Of a DNA stretch of 64,000 nucleotides, positions 1 to 11,727 are shown piece after piece. The DNA is from an uncultured Pseudomonadota bacterium. Its GTDB lineage: Bacteria > Myxococcota_A > Polyangia > Fen-1088. Each line of letters starts with the position of its first letter. The first letter of the stretch is position 1. The notes under the pieces were generated by a model. It searched no databases. It saw only the letters and a program-made list of their open reading frames with translations, and was not told the origin of the DNA. Position numbers and translations under genes: made by a program. The stretch spans positions 233,456 to 297,455 of the forward strand of contig CAVSOL010000017.1 in NCBI GenBank assembly GCA_963729535.1, in the 5' to 3' direction.

Positions 1-241
1 GCCCCCAGATCGCCGATCCCCTTCGCGAACAGGTAGCCCACCATCGCGAACAGGTTCACGACCGCCACGCCTGCGATGCCGAGGCAGATCCACCACCCGC
101 GCCCGGCGCGTGCCTCCATGGGCCGCGCGATGTCGTCGTGATCTTGTGCAGCGACGGCGTGCCGTCGATCCAGCGCGTCGGCGGCAGCAGCGGGCGTCCG
201 GCGGCGGCGGCGTCGTCGTCGTGGTGCTGCAGGTCGCTCAC
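1..241 (-). CDS. actC: Alternative complex III membrane subunit ActC (NrfD/PsrC-like). Only the 5' part is present; the gene runs off the window. One frame change at about 110-150.
   Basis: GTG at 241 overlaps the actB stop (GTGA). The translation reads [23 protein letters not shown], then in another frame WWICLGIAGVAVVNLFAMVGYLFAKGIGDLG, a NrfD-type first TM helix. It lies directly after actB, as in act operons. Confidence 0.6.
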
Positions 242-3200
242 GTGTCCTCCTGCGGCGCGACCTTCTTCAGGTAGCCGACGGCGGGCCTGGTCCCCAGCTC
301 CTCGAGCACGCGGTACGCGCGCCGGCCGGCGAGCAGCTTCGACACGCGGCTGTCCGGATCCTTGAGGTCGCCGAACACGATGGCGCCCGTCGGGCAGGCC
401 TGCTGGCAGCGGTGCGCGACGTCGCCGTCGGCGAGCGGCGCGCCGCGCCAGCGTCGGCCTGGTTCTTGCCCAGCTGGATGCGCTGCACGCACAGCGTGCA
501 CTTCTCCATCACGCCGCGGCTGCGCACGGTGACGTCCGGGTTCAGCACCAGGCGCCCGAGCGGGCTCGCCATGTTGAAGTCGAAGTCGAGCGTGGATTGT
601 CGCGGTGTAGTTGTACCAGTTGAAGCGGCGCACCTTGTACGGGCAGTTGTTGGCGCAGTAGCGCGTGCCGATGCAGCGGTTGTAGACCTGCTGGTTGAGG
701 CCGTCGGAGCTGGTGGTCGTCGCCAGCACCGGGCAGACCGTCTCGCACGGCGCGTGCGCCGCAGTGCTGGCACATCATCGGCTGGTGCACGCTGCGCGCG
801 CCGTCGCCGTCGCCGTCGTAGTAACGGTCGATGCGCAGCCAGTGCATGATCGCGGCTCGTTGCGCACCTGCTCGGCGCCGACGACCGGGACGTTGTTCTC
901 CGCCTGGCAGGCGACGACGCACGCCGAGCAGCCGGTGCAGGCGTCGAGATCGATCGACATCCCCCAGGCGTGCTCCCCCGTCAGCCGCTCGCGCCACAGG
1001 TTCGGCAGCTCCGTCGTGCTCGTGCTCGCGGCGTGCCGGTCCGTCGAGCGTGCGCGAGCGTCGACCTCGCTGCACGATCGGCCGCCCCTCCATCGAGAAG
1101 TGCGTCTGCGCGGCGCGCCAGCGCGCGCCCGCCGCCCGGTCGCCGCCAGCGCGACGCGCGCCCGACAGGCGTCGCACGCCGCCGCTCGGCGCGCGCGAGG
1201 GCGAAGCGCGTTGCCGCCGACGCCGTCGCCCGCCTTGCCGCGCGGCCCAGCGCCCGTAGCCGAGCGCGACCGAGATCGTGCGCGCGTCCTGGCCGGGCTG
1301 CACGAACACCGGCAGCTCCAGCTTGCCGGTCTCGGTCGCCAGCGACACGACGTCGCCGTCTTCACGCCTAGCGCCGCGGCGGTCGCGGGTGCGATCGCCG
1401 CCGACGTTGCCCCACGTCAGCCGCGTGATCGGATCGGGCAGCTCCAGCAGCCACGGGTTGTTCGCGTGCCGGCCGTCGCGCGCGCGCCACGCGTCTCGTG
1501 CAGGTGGAGCTGGTAGCCGTCGCGCGGCGTCGTGGTCGCGCGCCGCCAGCACGGTCGTGCACGGCCGCGCCGACGTCGCCCCGAAAGACGACCGCGCGCG
1601 GGCGCGGCGCCACGGCAGCGAGGGGGAGCTCGATGGCGCCGCGCTCCAGCGCGCGATCCCAGAAGTCGTCGAACCCGGCGGTCGCGCCCGGCGCGCGCGG
1701 GAACAGCTGTCGCCGCCAGAAGTCGCGCACGTGCGTGTGCGCATCCGGCGGGCTGCGCCCGCCCAGGTGAGCAGGCTCTCGACGGCCGCGCGCGTGTCGT
1801 GCAGCGGCGCGATCAGCGGCTGGCGCAGGCTGAAGTGGCCGGCGACGGGCTCGGCGTCGCCCCACGACTCCAGGTAGTGGTGGTCCGGGCAGACGGCGTG
1901 CGACGTGCGCCGCCGTCTCGTCGCGCCGGTCGGCGAACGACACCGACAGCGCGACCTTCGCCAGCGCGGCGCGGAACGCCCGCCCGTCGGGGTGGTCGTA
2001 GACCGGGTTCGCGCCCCACAGCAGCAGCACGCGCACGCCGCCGCGCTGCATGTCGTCGATCAGCGCCGGCAGGGCGCCGTCGTCGGCCTGCTGCTGCAGC
2101 GACGGCCGCTCGACATCGAGGGTCGTGCCGACGTTGCCCAGCAGCGTGTTGAGCGCGGCGACCACGACCTGCGCCGCCGGATCGTCGCTGCCGCTGACGA
2201 CCAGCGACGCGCCGCGGTGCGCTGACCAGCTCTGTCGGCGACGCGCTCGATGTCGCGCCGCGTGGGGCGCGCCCGCCACCGACGGCACCGCGGCCGCCAG
2301 CGCCGGCGCCCGGGCTGCGGCGCGCGACCGCCGCGAGCAGCGCCGCCGCGACCAGCCCCAGTCCGACGGCGGCACCGCCAGCCGCAGGTCGGCGTTGCTG
2401 CCGGTGACCGACACGCCCGACTCGAGCTGGACGTGGAACGACCCGCGTCGCGATCGGCGGTGCGCGCGCGCGCGTATTGCCGCGCAAACTCCACCGGCGC
2501 CAGCCACGTGCCCAGGAAGTCGGCTTCGAGCCCGACGACGACGCGCGCGCGGTCGAACCGATAGTGCGGGACGACGGCGGCGCCGAAGCGCGCCGGTGCG
2601 CCTCGCGCACGCGCCGACAGCGACGTCGGCGTCGTAGACGACGTGCTGGAACGTCGGATGCGCGGCGCGCGAACGCGTCGATCGCCGCCTGCGCCGAAGG
2701 GCTGGTGATGGTCCCCGACAGCAACACCACCTTGCGCGTGTCGCCGCGGCCGCCCGCCAGCACGCCGCTCGACCCGCTCGTCGATGTCGCGCCAGGACAC
2801 CGCCGCGCCCGTCGAGCAGCGGGCCGCGCAGCCGCCCGTCGTCGTAGAGGCCGAGCACGCTGGCCTGTCCGACCGCGCACGTGCCGCCGCCGGTGAGCGG
2901 CGACGCCTCGTTGCCTTCGATCTTGATCGGGCGCCCGTCGCGCTGCTTGACCACCAGCGCGCACGCCGCCGGGCAGCGCGCCGCACGTGGTGGCGTAGGC
3001 GCTCGCGACGCCGGGCACCAGCTCGGCGGAAGCGACGGGCAAGCGGCACCGCGTTCTGCACCGGCGCGCGGCAGCCGGCGAGCCCGGCGGCGCCCAGCGA
3101 GAACCCCAGCATCGACAACATGTCGCGCCGCGACGCCTCGAACCCCGTCGACGCCGAACCGGTGCGCAGCCCGAGCTGCACCAGCGGCGCCGTGTTCGCT

Positions 3201-3251
3201 CTTCGTCGCAGGCAGGTCGATCGACGTGGAGCTTTTGTTGTGCATGCGCAT
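238..3251 (-). CDS. actB: Alternative complex III subunit ActB (molybdopterin-oxidoreductase-like domain fused to a 4Fe-4S domain). At least 8 frame changes as assembled.
   Basis: The protein is spread over three minus-strand frames. Twin-arginine signal: [21 protein letters not shown]. Molybdopterin-type segments: [42 protein letters not shown] and [16 protein letters not shown]. Fe-S motifs: [53 protein letters not shown]. Confidence 0.85.
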
Positions 3252-3267
3252 CGTCTCTCGCGTGCGG

Positions 3268-3846
3268 TCAGTAGTGGCAGCTCGTGCAGTCCTCGCCGGC
3301 GAACGGCGTCGGCCGCTTCATCAGGTTCGCCGCCACGCGCCCGAAGCTGCTCGTCGGCACGTGCGCCTCGGCGCGGTGGCAGCCCAGGCACCACCCCATG
3401 GTCAGCGGCGACACCTGCGCGACGCGGTCCATGCTCTCGACCGGGCCGTGGCAGCGCTGGCACGCGACCCCCGAGACGACGTGCTGGCTGTGATTGAAGT
3501 AGACGAAGTCGGGGAGGTTGTGGACCTTCACCCACGCGATCGGCCGCTGCTGATCGACCGCCTCCTTCAACTTCTGGATCTCGACGGTCTGCTTGGTCGA
3601 GCAGCGCGTGGCAGTTCATGCACACGCTGGCCGACGGGATGCCGGCGTGCCGGCTGGTGCGCGCGGCCGAGTGGCAATACAGGCAGGCGATCGCGTTGTC
3701 GCCGGCGTGGACCTTGTGCGGGAACGCGATCGGGCTGCTCCGGGGCGTAGCCCTGGTGCACGCCGATGCGCGACGCGCCCCGCGCCAGCAAGCCGCCGCC
3801 CGCCGCCCAGCGCGACGGCGCCAAGGATGATCGCGCGCAACCTCAT
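3268..3846 (-). CDS. actA: Alternative complex III pentahaem cytochrome c subunit ActA. Two frame changes as assembled.
   Basis: ATG at 3846 with GGAG upstream. Signal peptide MRLRAIILGAVALGGG. Five CxxCH motifs lie across three frames (CLYCH, CMNCH, CQRCH, CLGCH, CTSCH). The last frame (ORF 3268..3570) reads cleanly. Confidence 0.85.
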
Positions 3847-4756
3847 GGTCCGGTCTTCGTCTCCAGCGGCCGGCGCGGCTGCATCGCTATCGGCGCGCAG
3901 GCCACCGAGCCACTTGCCACCGGCCGCGTGCCGTCCTTGTGCAGCCGGTTGCCGCACCGCCCAGCGCACCTGCGCCTCGGGCCATAGCCACGCGGCCGAT
4001 ACCACGCCGGACCCACGAGCCGCGCCACGCCGGCGCGCGGCAGCCACCGGCCGCATGCACGCCGCGGCCCCGCGCAGCAACGCCACGACCGGAACCGCCG
4101 CGAGCCGGGTGAACGGAAACGCCGCCAGCGCCGCGAAGGTCACGCCCACGTGCAGCCGCGCCAGCGGCGGCAGGTGCTCGATGAGCAGCGTCGCCGGACG
4201 GCCGCGCGCGATCGACGCCAGGTACGGCGTCAGCGTCACCGCGCCCCACGACGATCCCCAGCGATACAGCGGCGGCCAGCAGCAGACCCGACACGAGCGC
4301 CAGCGCGACCAGCGACAGGAACACCGAATCGCCCAGGTCCAGCAGCAACGACGACGGCGACAACATCCGTTGCGCCTGGTGCCGGTCGGCGCCGTTGCCC
4401 GCGTCGCGCCCCGCGAGGTGGCGCCCGAGCGCGCGCAGCCACAGCACGACCACGATCGCCCCGGCCGCCGCCGTGATCGCTTCCAGCACATACAGCCGCC
4501 AGCCGACGCGGTTCCACGCCAGCACGGCGCGCGGGAACAGCCAACGCAATCGCGTGCGCGGCCGCCAGCGTCGCCCAGCGCGACGTGCCACAGCCAGCCG
4601 CGCGGATACGGCGACCGCGCCTCCGCGACCGCGCGCCTGACCGCCGGGACGCGGCCGCGCGATCAACCACGCCCGCAGCGCGAGCCCGCACGCCAGCACG
4701 GCCAGCGCGACGTACGGCCAGCCTCGTTGCAGGAAATCGCCGTCGCTCGCGGTCAT
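3843..4756 (-). CDS. Polytopic membrane protein, tentatively of the NarI/DsrM-like haem-b family. At least 2 frame changes.
   Basis: ATG at 4756 overlaps the upstream stop (ATGA). Hydrophobic helices WPYVALAVLACGLALRAWL and SVFLSLVALALVSGLLLAA. The segment LHVGVTFAALAAFPFTRL resembles the NarI C-terminal PFSRL region. The final frame ends in a TGA that overlaps the actA ATG (ATGA). Confidence 0.5.
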
Positions 4757-5520
4757 GGCTGTCCTCGCTTTCGGTCCGTGACGGTGTAGGCGGCGAACGG
4801 CGCCGCCGAGATCGCGACCTCGCGCAGGAACGCCTTCAGCGCGAACGCCTCCTCGGGCGCCAGGTAGCGGGGCGCGCTCGACTCCGGATGTCGCGGCGTG
4901 CACGGCTGCCGGAGGAAGTTGGTGAGCGCGCGGTCGCGGAACTTCAGGTACGTGTCGGTCAGCTCGGGCCCCAGCGTGCCGCCGCGCCGCCGCCCGTGTT
5001 CACGAACGGCGTGGCACGCCGCGCACGCCAGGCCGCCGTTCGCCAGCGGCACACGTGCCGTCGAACAGCGCCCGCGCCCAGCGTGACGTCGCCCGCCGAC
5101 GCCGTCTCCGCGTCGCGCTCGTCCGGCTGCTTCTGCGTCCGGCCCGTCGGCCGCCAGCCAGTCCATGATCGCGCCGACATCGGCCGGCGACAGGTCGGTC
5201 CAGTCGGGCATGCGCTGCTGCTTGAACTTGCGGAACAGCTCGACGGCCACCGGATCGCCCGCCTTGATCGCCTTCGACGACGAACGAACGAAGCTGACCA
5301 GCCACGGGCGTTGCCGCCGCGCGGTGACGCCTTTGAGATCCGGCCCGACCTTCACGCCCTTGCCGAACGTGTGGCAGGCGGTGCAGCGCTGGTTGAAGAT
5401 CTTCTTCGCGTCGATGGCGTGCGCCGCCGGCGATGACAGCACGGCGAAAGCGAGCGCAAACGCGCAACACCGCCGTTGCGTGCCGCCAACGGCACGAGGG
5501 TTGTCCCTGTTGGAGACCAC
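4753..5520 (-). CDS. Dihaem c-type cytochrome
   Basis: 255-aa ORF with signal CCAFALAFAVLSSPAAHA and two CxxCH motifs (CTACH, CAACH). Its stop overlaps the next gene's start. The middle third may contain compensating frame changes. Confidence 0.8.
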   Translation of the reverse strand: MVSNRDNPRAVGGTQRRCCAFALAFAVLSSPAAHAIDAKKIFNQRCTACHTFGKGVKVGPDLKGVTARRQRPWLVSFVRSSSKAIKAGDPVAVELFRKFKQQRMPDWTDLSPADVGAIMDWLAADGPDAEAAGRARRGDGVGGRRHAGRGRCSTARVPLANGGLACAACHAVREHGRRRGGTLGPELTDTYLKFRDRALTNFLRQPCTPRHPESSAPRYLAPEEAFALKAFLREVAISAAPFAAYTVTDRKRGQP

Positions 5521-5582
5521 CCACAGCGCGATTCACGGAGGCGCGAAGCGCGGCGATGGATCGAACCGTGTGTTGTAGGCGA

Positions 5583-5599
5583 AAGCAGCATGGGCTCCT
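5583..5599 (-). promoter_or_regulatory. Weak candidate sigma-54 (-24/-12) promoter upstream of the cytochrome c / ACIII genes
   Basis: The minus strand reads aGGAGCCcatgCTGCTt. The GG-N10-GC spacing is correct, the -12 element (TGCT) is good and the -24 element is poor. It lies about 60 nt upstream of the 5520 start and directly downstream of a sigma-54 activator gene. Confidence 0.2.
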
Positions 5600-5701
5600 C
5601 GGGTTGTGCGCCCGATGGTGGGGCTGGCCCTGACGTGTCGGCCGCTATCCCAGCAAGATGCGTGCGCGGTCGCGTGGAGCCCGAGCGCGTGCGTCGATCG
5701 C

Positions 5702-7026
<1,325 letters not shown>

Positions 7027-7097
7027 CGCGAGGGCACGTAAGCGAAATCCGGGCCAGCAGCGCGCTGCGGTTAAGGGCGGGGTCGCCGCCAAAAGCG

Positions 7098-8276
7098 TCA
7101 GCGCTGCAACGCGACGCCACGCCGCACTCCTCGGAAGCGTTGTCGGACGAACGCCAGCGCGGCGCCTGCCAGTACGGTCGCGCCGGCGACGGTCCAGAAC
7201 AGCAGCTCGCGGAACGTGGCCGGCGACCAGCGCCGCCCGCCCGCGCCCGGTGTCGCCACGCGCCAGCTCGTGAAGCGCGGCAGCGACGGCGCGCGGCATC
7301 GCTTGCGGTCCATCGAACGCGACGTGCGTGAGCGCGCCGCCGCCGACGTGGTACGCGGCCGCGTGCACCTGCCACTGCCGCGCCCACACCAGCACGAGCA
7401 ACCCGGCGCCAAACGCGGACGCGGTCGCGCGCGGGATCTCCGCGGCGGACGGATCCGCTCCCGCGGCCAGCGCGGCGGTCAGTTGCTGTCGCGTCTCGTC
7501 GGCCGACGCGGGCTCCAGCACGACGCGCACGGTGGCGTCCGCGTCGGCCACCGGCGTCAGGACGCGCCGGCGATACCCGAGCTTGTCGGCGATCAAGTGA
7601 TGTTCGCCGCGCAGCAGGTGCACCCGGCAGGGCGCCACTGGACAGCGCGCGACGCCGTTGACCAGCACGCGTGCCCCCTCCGGCTCCGTCCGCACCTCGA
7701 CGGCGACGGAGCCGCGCCGGTGGGCCGCGGCGCGCTCCTCTTCCGCGATGCGCTGGAAGCCCGGCGTCGTCTGGCGCAGGACGTCTGCATCGACCAGGTC
7801 GCGCGCGGACAGCCGCCGGAGCAGCGCGCGCGCCCCTGCTCGTCGCCCGCGCCCAGCGCGCACGCGGCGGCGAGCGTCCCGGCCCGGGCGGCCTCCGCGT
7901 GCCGCCCGAGCCGCAACAACGCGTCCGCCTCCAGCCGGGCCTCGGTGTGCGCCAGACAGCGAAGGAAGTCGGCCTCGCGGTACGCGCGCGCGACGACGTC
8001 GATGTCGGCGCCGAAGCTGGCGGGTGCGCGCCACCGCCTGCGGCGCGAGCCGCTCGAGCACGCCAGTGGCTGGGCACCTGGCGCGCTCGCCGCAGCCAGC
8101 GCGCCGTCCGAGGGGAGCGTCCGATCACCACGACGGCGGACGGATCCTCCGGGGGCCCAGCGTCGGCGACGCAGGTCGCGACCAATCCCGAGCGCGGCCA
8201 GCGCCACGACGCTCGCTACCCCGCGGCGCCGGATTCGACGACCATTCCCTACAGGCGGCGCGCGACGATCGGACAT
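7098..8276 (-). CDS. PEGA-domain protein with an N-terminal anchor and a C-terminal TM helix. At least 3 frame changes.
   Basis: ATG at 8276 (MSDRR..VASVVALAALGIG). PEGA motif: VAVEVRTEPEGARVLVNGV..LLRGEHHLIADKLGYRRRVLTPV. C-terminal helix: LLFWTVAGATVLAGAALAFV. Confidence 0.65.
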
Positions 8277-8321
8277 GATTTGGCCCCACTACTGTCGTTC
8301 GAGCACCAGGCAAGCAGGCGT

Positions 8322-8346
8322 TGCTTTCGCTAACAGCGCGAAAGCA
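8322..8346 (+). other. Perfect 9-bp stem / 7-nt loop hairpin in a divergent intergenic region
   Basis: TGCTTTCGC taacagc GCGAAAGCA lies between the PEGA gene start (8276, -) and the small gene start (8456, +). Function unknown. Confidence 0.25.
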
Positions 8347-8455
8347 CTGGCATCGCCCTGGGGGGAACGTTTTGTTGAGACCGGATTGTCGCGGCGCGCC
8401 GCCTGGCGCCACGGCGACCCCGATGGTAATCATGGGGAGACCAAGGAGGTCCGTC

Positions 8456-8629
8456 ATGAAGAAGCTCGTTCTCGCGGCAGTCATCTCGGCGTTTTCGTTC
8501 ACCGCAGCGGCCAGCTACGCCTGCGACGGCATGAAGGGGCACGAGAAGTCCGAGAAGTCCGACGGCACCCAGGCCAAGCAAGGCAAACAGGACAAGAAGG
8601 ACACGACGAAGAGCGATCAGAAGAGCTGA
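8456..8629 (+). CDS. Small secreted Lys/Asp/Gln-rich protein (57 aa)
   Basis: ATG preceded by AAGGAGG. Signal MKKLVLAAVISAFSFTAAASYA, then the hydrophilic tail CDGMKGHEKSEKSDGTQAKQGKQDKKDTTKSDQKS. Confidence 0.5.
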   Translation: MKKLVLAAVISAFSFTAAASYACDGMKGHEKSEKSDGTQAKQGKQDKKDTTKSDQKS

Positions 8630-8656
8630 TCCGTAGGTCGTTTCGGTGACTAAACT

Positions 8657-8679
8657 CAGCCGGCATGTGCCGCCGGCTG
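8657..8679 (+). other. 8-bp perfect hairpin that sequesters the first ATG of the next gene
   Basis: CAGCCGGC atgtgcc GCCGGCTG. The ATG at 8665 is in the loop, and an in-frame ATG at 8680 follows the stem. There is no U-tract, so this could be a terminator or a translational element. Confidence 0.25.
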
Positions 8680-9474
8680 ATGCTCCCAATCCTGCTCGCA
8701 GCCGCTGTCGGCTGCGCCCATGACTATGCGTACTGGCCGGCGGGGATTGGCGCCGGCTACGGTCCGGCGACGCGCTATCCGTTTCCGCCCAGTGTGCCGC
8801 GCGGCGAGGTTTACGTGACCTCGTTCGGGTTCACGCAGATGGACGTGGCGCCCGGACAGACGGCCGAGACGCTGCATGTGCGTCTGGCGATCGTCAACGA
8901 GGGCCCCGACAGCTGGACGATCGACGGCCAGCAGCAGGTGCTGTCCGTGCGCCACGATCTGCCGCCGCTCGCCCCCGCATACATCAACACGGAGGGCGGG
9001 CCCGGGCCGACGTACGCCGTGACGGCCGGGCAGCGGCGGATCATCGATCTCTACTTCGCCGTCCCCGGTGCCTTTCGGCAACCGAAGGACCTGCCCTGGT
9101 TCGAGCTCTCGTGGCGCATGCAGGTGGGGACGCAGTCGATCCAGCAGCGCACGGTCTTCCAGCGCTTCGACGGCACAGGGGCGCCGCGCGAGCCGTACCC
9201 GGACTACATCTTCGTCGGCCTCGGCTGGGGCGGCGGGTGGTGGTACGGACCCGCGTTCACTTACCAGCGGCCGCCCGTCATCCGCGGGTACTACTACCCG
9301 CCCGCCCGGGCGCGCACGTCGGCGCCCGACTGGCGTGGCGTCCCGCGCGCGACGCCCGCAGAGCCCGCCCGGCCGGCCGAAGCGGCGCCACCTGTCGCAC
9401 CGACGCCGATGCCTGGACCGCCACCGTCTGCCGCGCCGGCTGCGGCGCCGCCGGGCGGCGGGTCGTGGCGCTGA
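8665..9474 (+). CDS. Hypothetical lipoprotein with a Pro-rich C-terminus
   Basis: Lipobox LLAAAVGC. The 269-aa ORF has coherent composition and a PAEPARPAEAAPPVAPTPMPGPPPSAAPAAAPP tail. No family recognised. The start may be 8680. Confidence 0.6.
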   Translation: MCRRLMLPILLAAAVGCAHDYAYWPAGIGAGYGPATRYPFPPSVPRGEVYVTSFGFTQMDVAPGQTAETLHVRLAIVNEGPDSWTIDGQQQVLSVRHDLPPLAPAYINTEGGPGPTYAVTAGQRRIIDLYFAVPGAFRQPKDLPWFELSWRMQVGTQSIQQRTVFQRFDGTGAPREPYPDYIFVGLGWGGGWWYGPAFTYQRPPVIRGYYYPPARARTSAPDWRGVPRATPAEPARPAEAAPPVAPTPMPGPPPSAAPAAAPPGGGSWR

Positions 9475-9533
9475 CCCGGTTGTGGTTTCCAGGAGCATGG
9501 TCAGGTTTTTTCTTACAGAAAGGGAGGCCGACC

Positions 9534-9755
9534 ATGGCGAACCAGAACCAGTGGCAGGGGCAGCAGAAGCAGGGGCAGCGCAATCCGGTGGAGGAGGAGA
9601 AGCGCTCGCCATCGCAGTCGGACGACGACGGCTACCAGCCGGAGACCGAGAACCCGGAGCCCAGGCGTTCGGATTCGCGCACGGTGCAGAATGCCGAGGA
9701 CGTCGCGACCGGCGGCGGCGACGAGCGCGGCCCGACCAAAGAGTTCCCGGGCTAA
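9534..9755 (+). CDS. Small hydrophilic acidic protein (73 aa)
   Basis: ATG preceded by AAGGGAGG. The product MANQNQWQGQQKQGQRNPVEEEKRSPSQSDDDGYQPETENPEPRRSD.. has no hydrophobic segment. Confidence 0.45.
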   Translation: MANQNQWQGQQKQGQRNPVEEEKRSPSQSDDDGYQPETENPEPRRSDSRTVQNAEDVATGGGDERGPTKEFPG

Positions 9756-9816
9756 CTGTTGAACTGACCGGCTCGCACGGCGGCGGCGAAGATCTGATAC
9801 AGACTTAGCCGCCACC

Positions 9817-11727
9817 GTGCATGACCGCTCCCGCAGGCTCGTAGCGCTCGCGTTGCTGCCGTTGTCGCTCGCGGCGGCCGACGCGTGCCGCACCGGCGGC
9901 GCCCGCCGCCGGCGACGCCTGCCGCGGTCGCGCGGGTGCCGCTGCCGCCGGCGCAGGAGCTGGCCGTGCTCGCCGCCGAGCTACTGGGAGACCCACCTCG
10001 AGTGGAACCCCATGCAGGCGACCGAGCTCGGCGATCGCCGCTTCGACGACCGGTTGCGTGACTACACGCCGGCGGCGCGCGATCGCGAGACCGCCGCGCT
10101 GACCGAGTTGCGCGCGCGCGTCGACGCCGTTCCGTCCGCCGCGCTGCCGCCCGCCGATCGCGTGACGCGCGCGCTGCTGCTGGGCGAGATCGACGCCGAG
10201 CTGGCGTACCGCTCGTGCGCGCTGGACGACTGGTCGGTCGACGCGCGCGATGGGCTGCAGGTCGGCCTCTTGCGGTTGCCCGAGCTGCAGCCGGTGCGGA
10301 CGCCGGCCGAAGGCTGGAAGCTGCTGGCGCGCTGGGAAAAGATGGGCGCCGCGATCGATCAGAACACGGCCAACCTGCGCCGTGGGCTGGCGGCGGGCAA
10401 GGTCGCCACCGCCGACGAGGTTCGCCGCGTCCTGGGGCAGCTGGACGATCTGCTGGGCAAGCCCGACGACAAGTGGCCGCTGCGCGCGCCCGCGAGCGCG
10501 GCGCACGCCGACTGGCCGCCCGCGGAGCGGCTCGCGTTCACGCGCGCGATCGACGCGGCGATCGCCGCCGCGATCCGGCCGGCGTTCGAGCGCCACCGGG
10601 CGGTGCTGCGCTCCGAGATCCTGCCGCGCGCCCGCGACGGCGCGCACGCCGGCATCCTGAACGTGCCTGGCGGCGCCGCGTGTTACCCGCGCCTGATCCA
10701 GGTCCACACGTCGCTGGCGTTGCAGGCCGAGGAGATTCACCGCATCGGGCTGGAGGAGCTCAAGCGCATCCACGCCGAGATGGAGCGGGTGGGGCGGGCG
10801 ACGTTCGGTGCGGGCGGCGGCTCGCTGCCCGAGCTGAAGCGCCGCCTGCGCGCCGGCAGCGGCGCGTACTTTCGCACGCGCGCCGAGGTCGAGACGGCGG
10901 CGCGCAAGGCGCTGACGCGCGCGCAGGCCGCCGAGCCGCGTTTCCTGGGCAAGCCACCGCGGACGCCGTGCGTGGTCAAGCGCATCGACGAGTTCGAGGA
11001 GCGCGACGCGCCCATCGCCTACTACCGGCCGGCGGCGATCGACGGCAGCCGCCCCGGCACCTACTACGTCAACACGTACGAGCCGAAGACGCGCGCTCGC
11101 TACGAGGTCGAGGCGCTGGCGTTTCACGAGTCGGTCCCCGGGCATCACATCCAGATCGCGATCGCGCAGGAGCTGACGGGGCTGCCCGAGTTCCGCAAGC
11201 ACGCGGGCGTCACGGCGTTCATCGAGGGCTGGGGGCTGTACGCCGAGGGGCTGGCCGACGAGCTCGGTCTCTACAAGAGCGGGCGCGAGCGACTCGGGCG
11301 GCTCAACTTCGACGCGTGGCGCGCGTGCCGGCTGGTCGTCGACACCGGCATCCACGCGATGGGCTGGAGCCGCGAGCAGGCCATCGCCTTCTTCGACGAC
11401 AACGTGATCCTCGCGAAGGAGAACATCGTCAACGAGGTCGACCGCTACATCGCGTGGCCCGGCCAGGCGCTGGCGTACAAGCTGGGCGAGCTCGAGATCC
11501 GCAAGCTGCGCGCGCAGGTGCAGGCGCGGCTGGGCACGCGCTTCGACATGCGCCTGTTCCACGATCGGCTGCTCGGGGGCGGCGCGGTCAGCTTGCCCGT
11601 GCTGCGCGCGCAGACCGAAGCCTGGCTGGCGACCGAACCGCCGGCGCCGGCGCCGTCCTCACCGCCGTCGAAGCCCCAGCCGAAGCCGGCGAAGCCGCAG
11701 CCCCAGCCGTCAGCCGCGTTGCCCTAG
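9817..11727 (+). CDS. DUF885-family protein (putative secreted metallopeptidase-like)
   Basis: The 636-aa ORF contains EALAFHESVPGHHIQIAIAQEL and FIEGWGLYAEGLADELGLY, both typical of DUF885. The N-terminal 60 codons appear to contain a compensating pair of frame changes (alternate frame AVARVPLPPAQELAVLAAE, then YWETHLEWNP). Confidence 0.85.
   Translation: MHDRSRRLVALALLPLSLAAADACRTGGARRRRRLPRSRGCRCRRRRSWPCSPPSYWETHLEWNPMQATELGDRRFDDRLRDYTPAARDRETAALTELRARVDAVPSAALPPADRVTRALLLGEIDAELAYRSCALDDWSVDARDGLQVGLLRLPELQPVRTPAEGWKLLARWEKMGAAIDQNTANLRRGLAAGKVATADEVRRVLGQLDDLLGKPDDKWPLRAPASAAHADWPPAERLAFTRAIDAAIAAAIRPAFERHRAVLRSEILPRARDGAHAGILNVPGGAACYPRLIQVHTSLALQAEEIHRIGLEELKRIHAEMERVGRATFGAGGGSLPELKRRLRAGSGAYFRTRAEVETAARKALTRAQAAEPRFLGKPPRTPCVVKRIDEFEERDAPIAYYRPAAIDGSRPGTYYVNTYEPKTRARYEVEALAFHESVPGHHIQIAIAQELTGLPEFRKHAGVTAFIEGWGLYAEGLADELGLYKSGRERLGRLNFDAWRACRLVVDTGIHAMGWSREQAIAFFDDNVILAKENIVNEVDRYIAWPGQALAYKLGELEIRKLRAQVQARLGTRFDMRLFHDRLLGGGAVSLPVLRAQTEAWLATEPPAPAPSSPPSKPQPKPAKPQPQPSAALP

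Noticed and set aside
3616-4491. An apparent read-through ORF fusing the NarI-like protein to ActA
   Set aside because: The same frame stays open by chance. A different frame ends in a TGA that overlaps the actA ATG (ATGA), which is the usual coupling seen elsewhere in this operon.
9805-11562. A 585-aa minus-strand ORF
   Set aside because: It is a shadow ORF antisense to the DUF885 gene. Its composition is low-complexity and Arg/Ala/Leu-rich, and no motifs are present.
11710-11727. Convergent genes overlapping at their 3' ends (also 13328-13353, 15061-15070, 16752-16809, 38932-38957)
   Set aside because: This is common in compact high-GC genomes. Some overlaps may be inflated by indel errors near gene ends. 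No antisense-regulation signal can be supported from the sequence alone.
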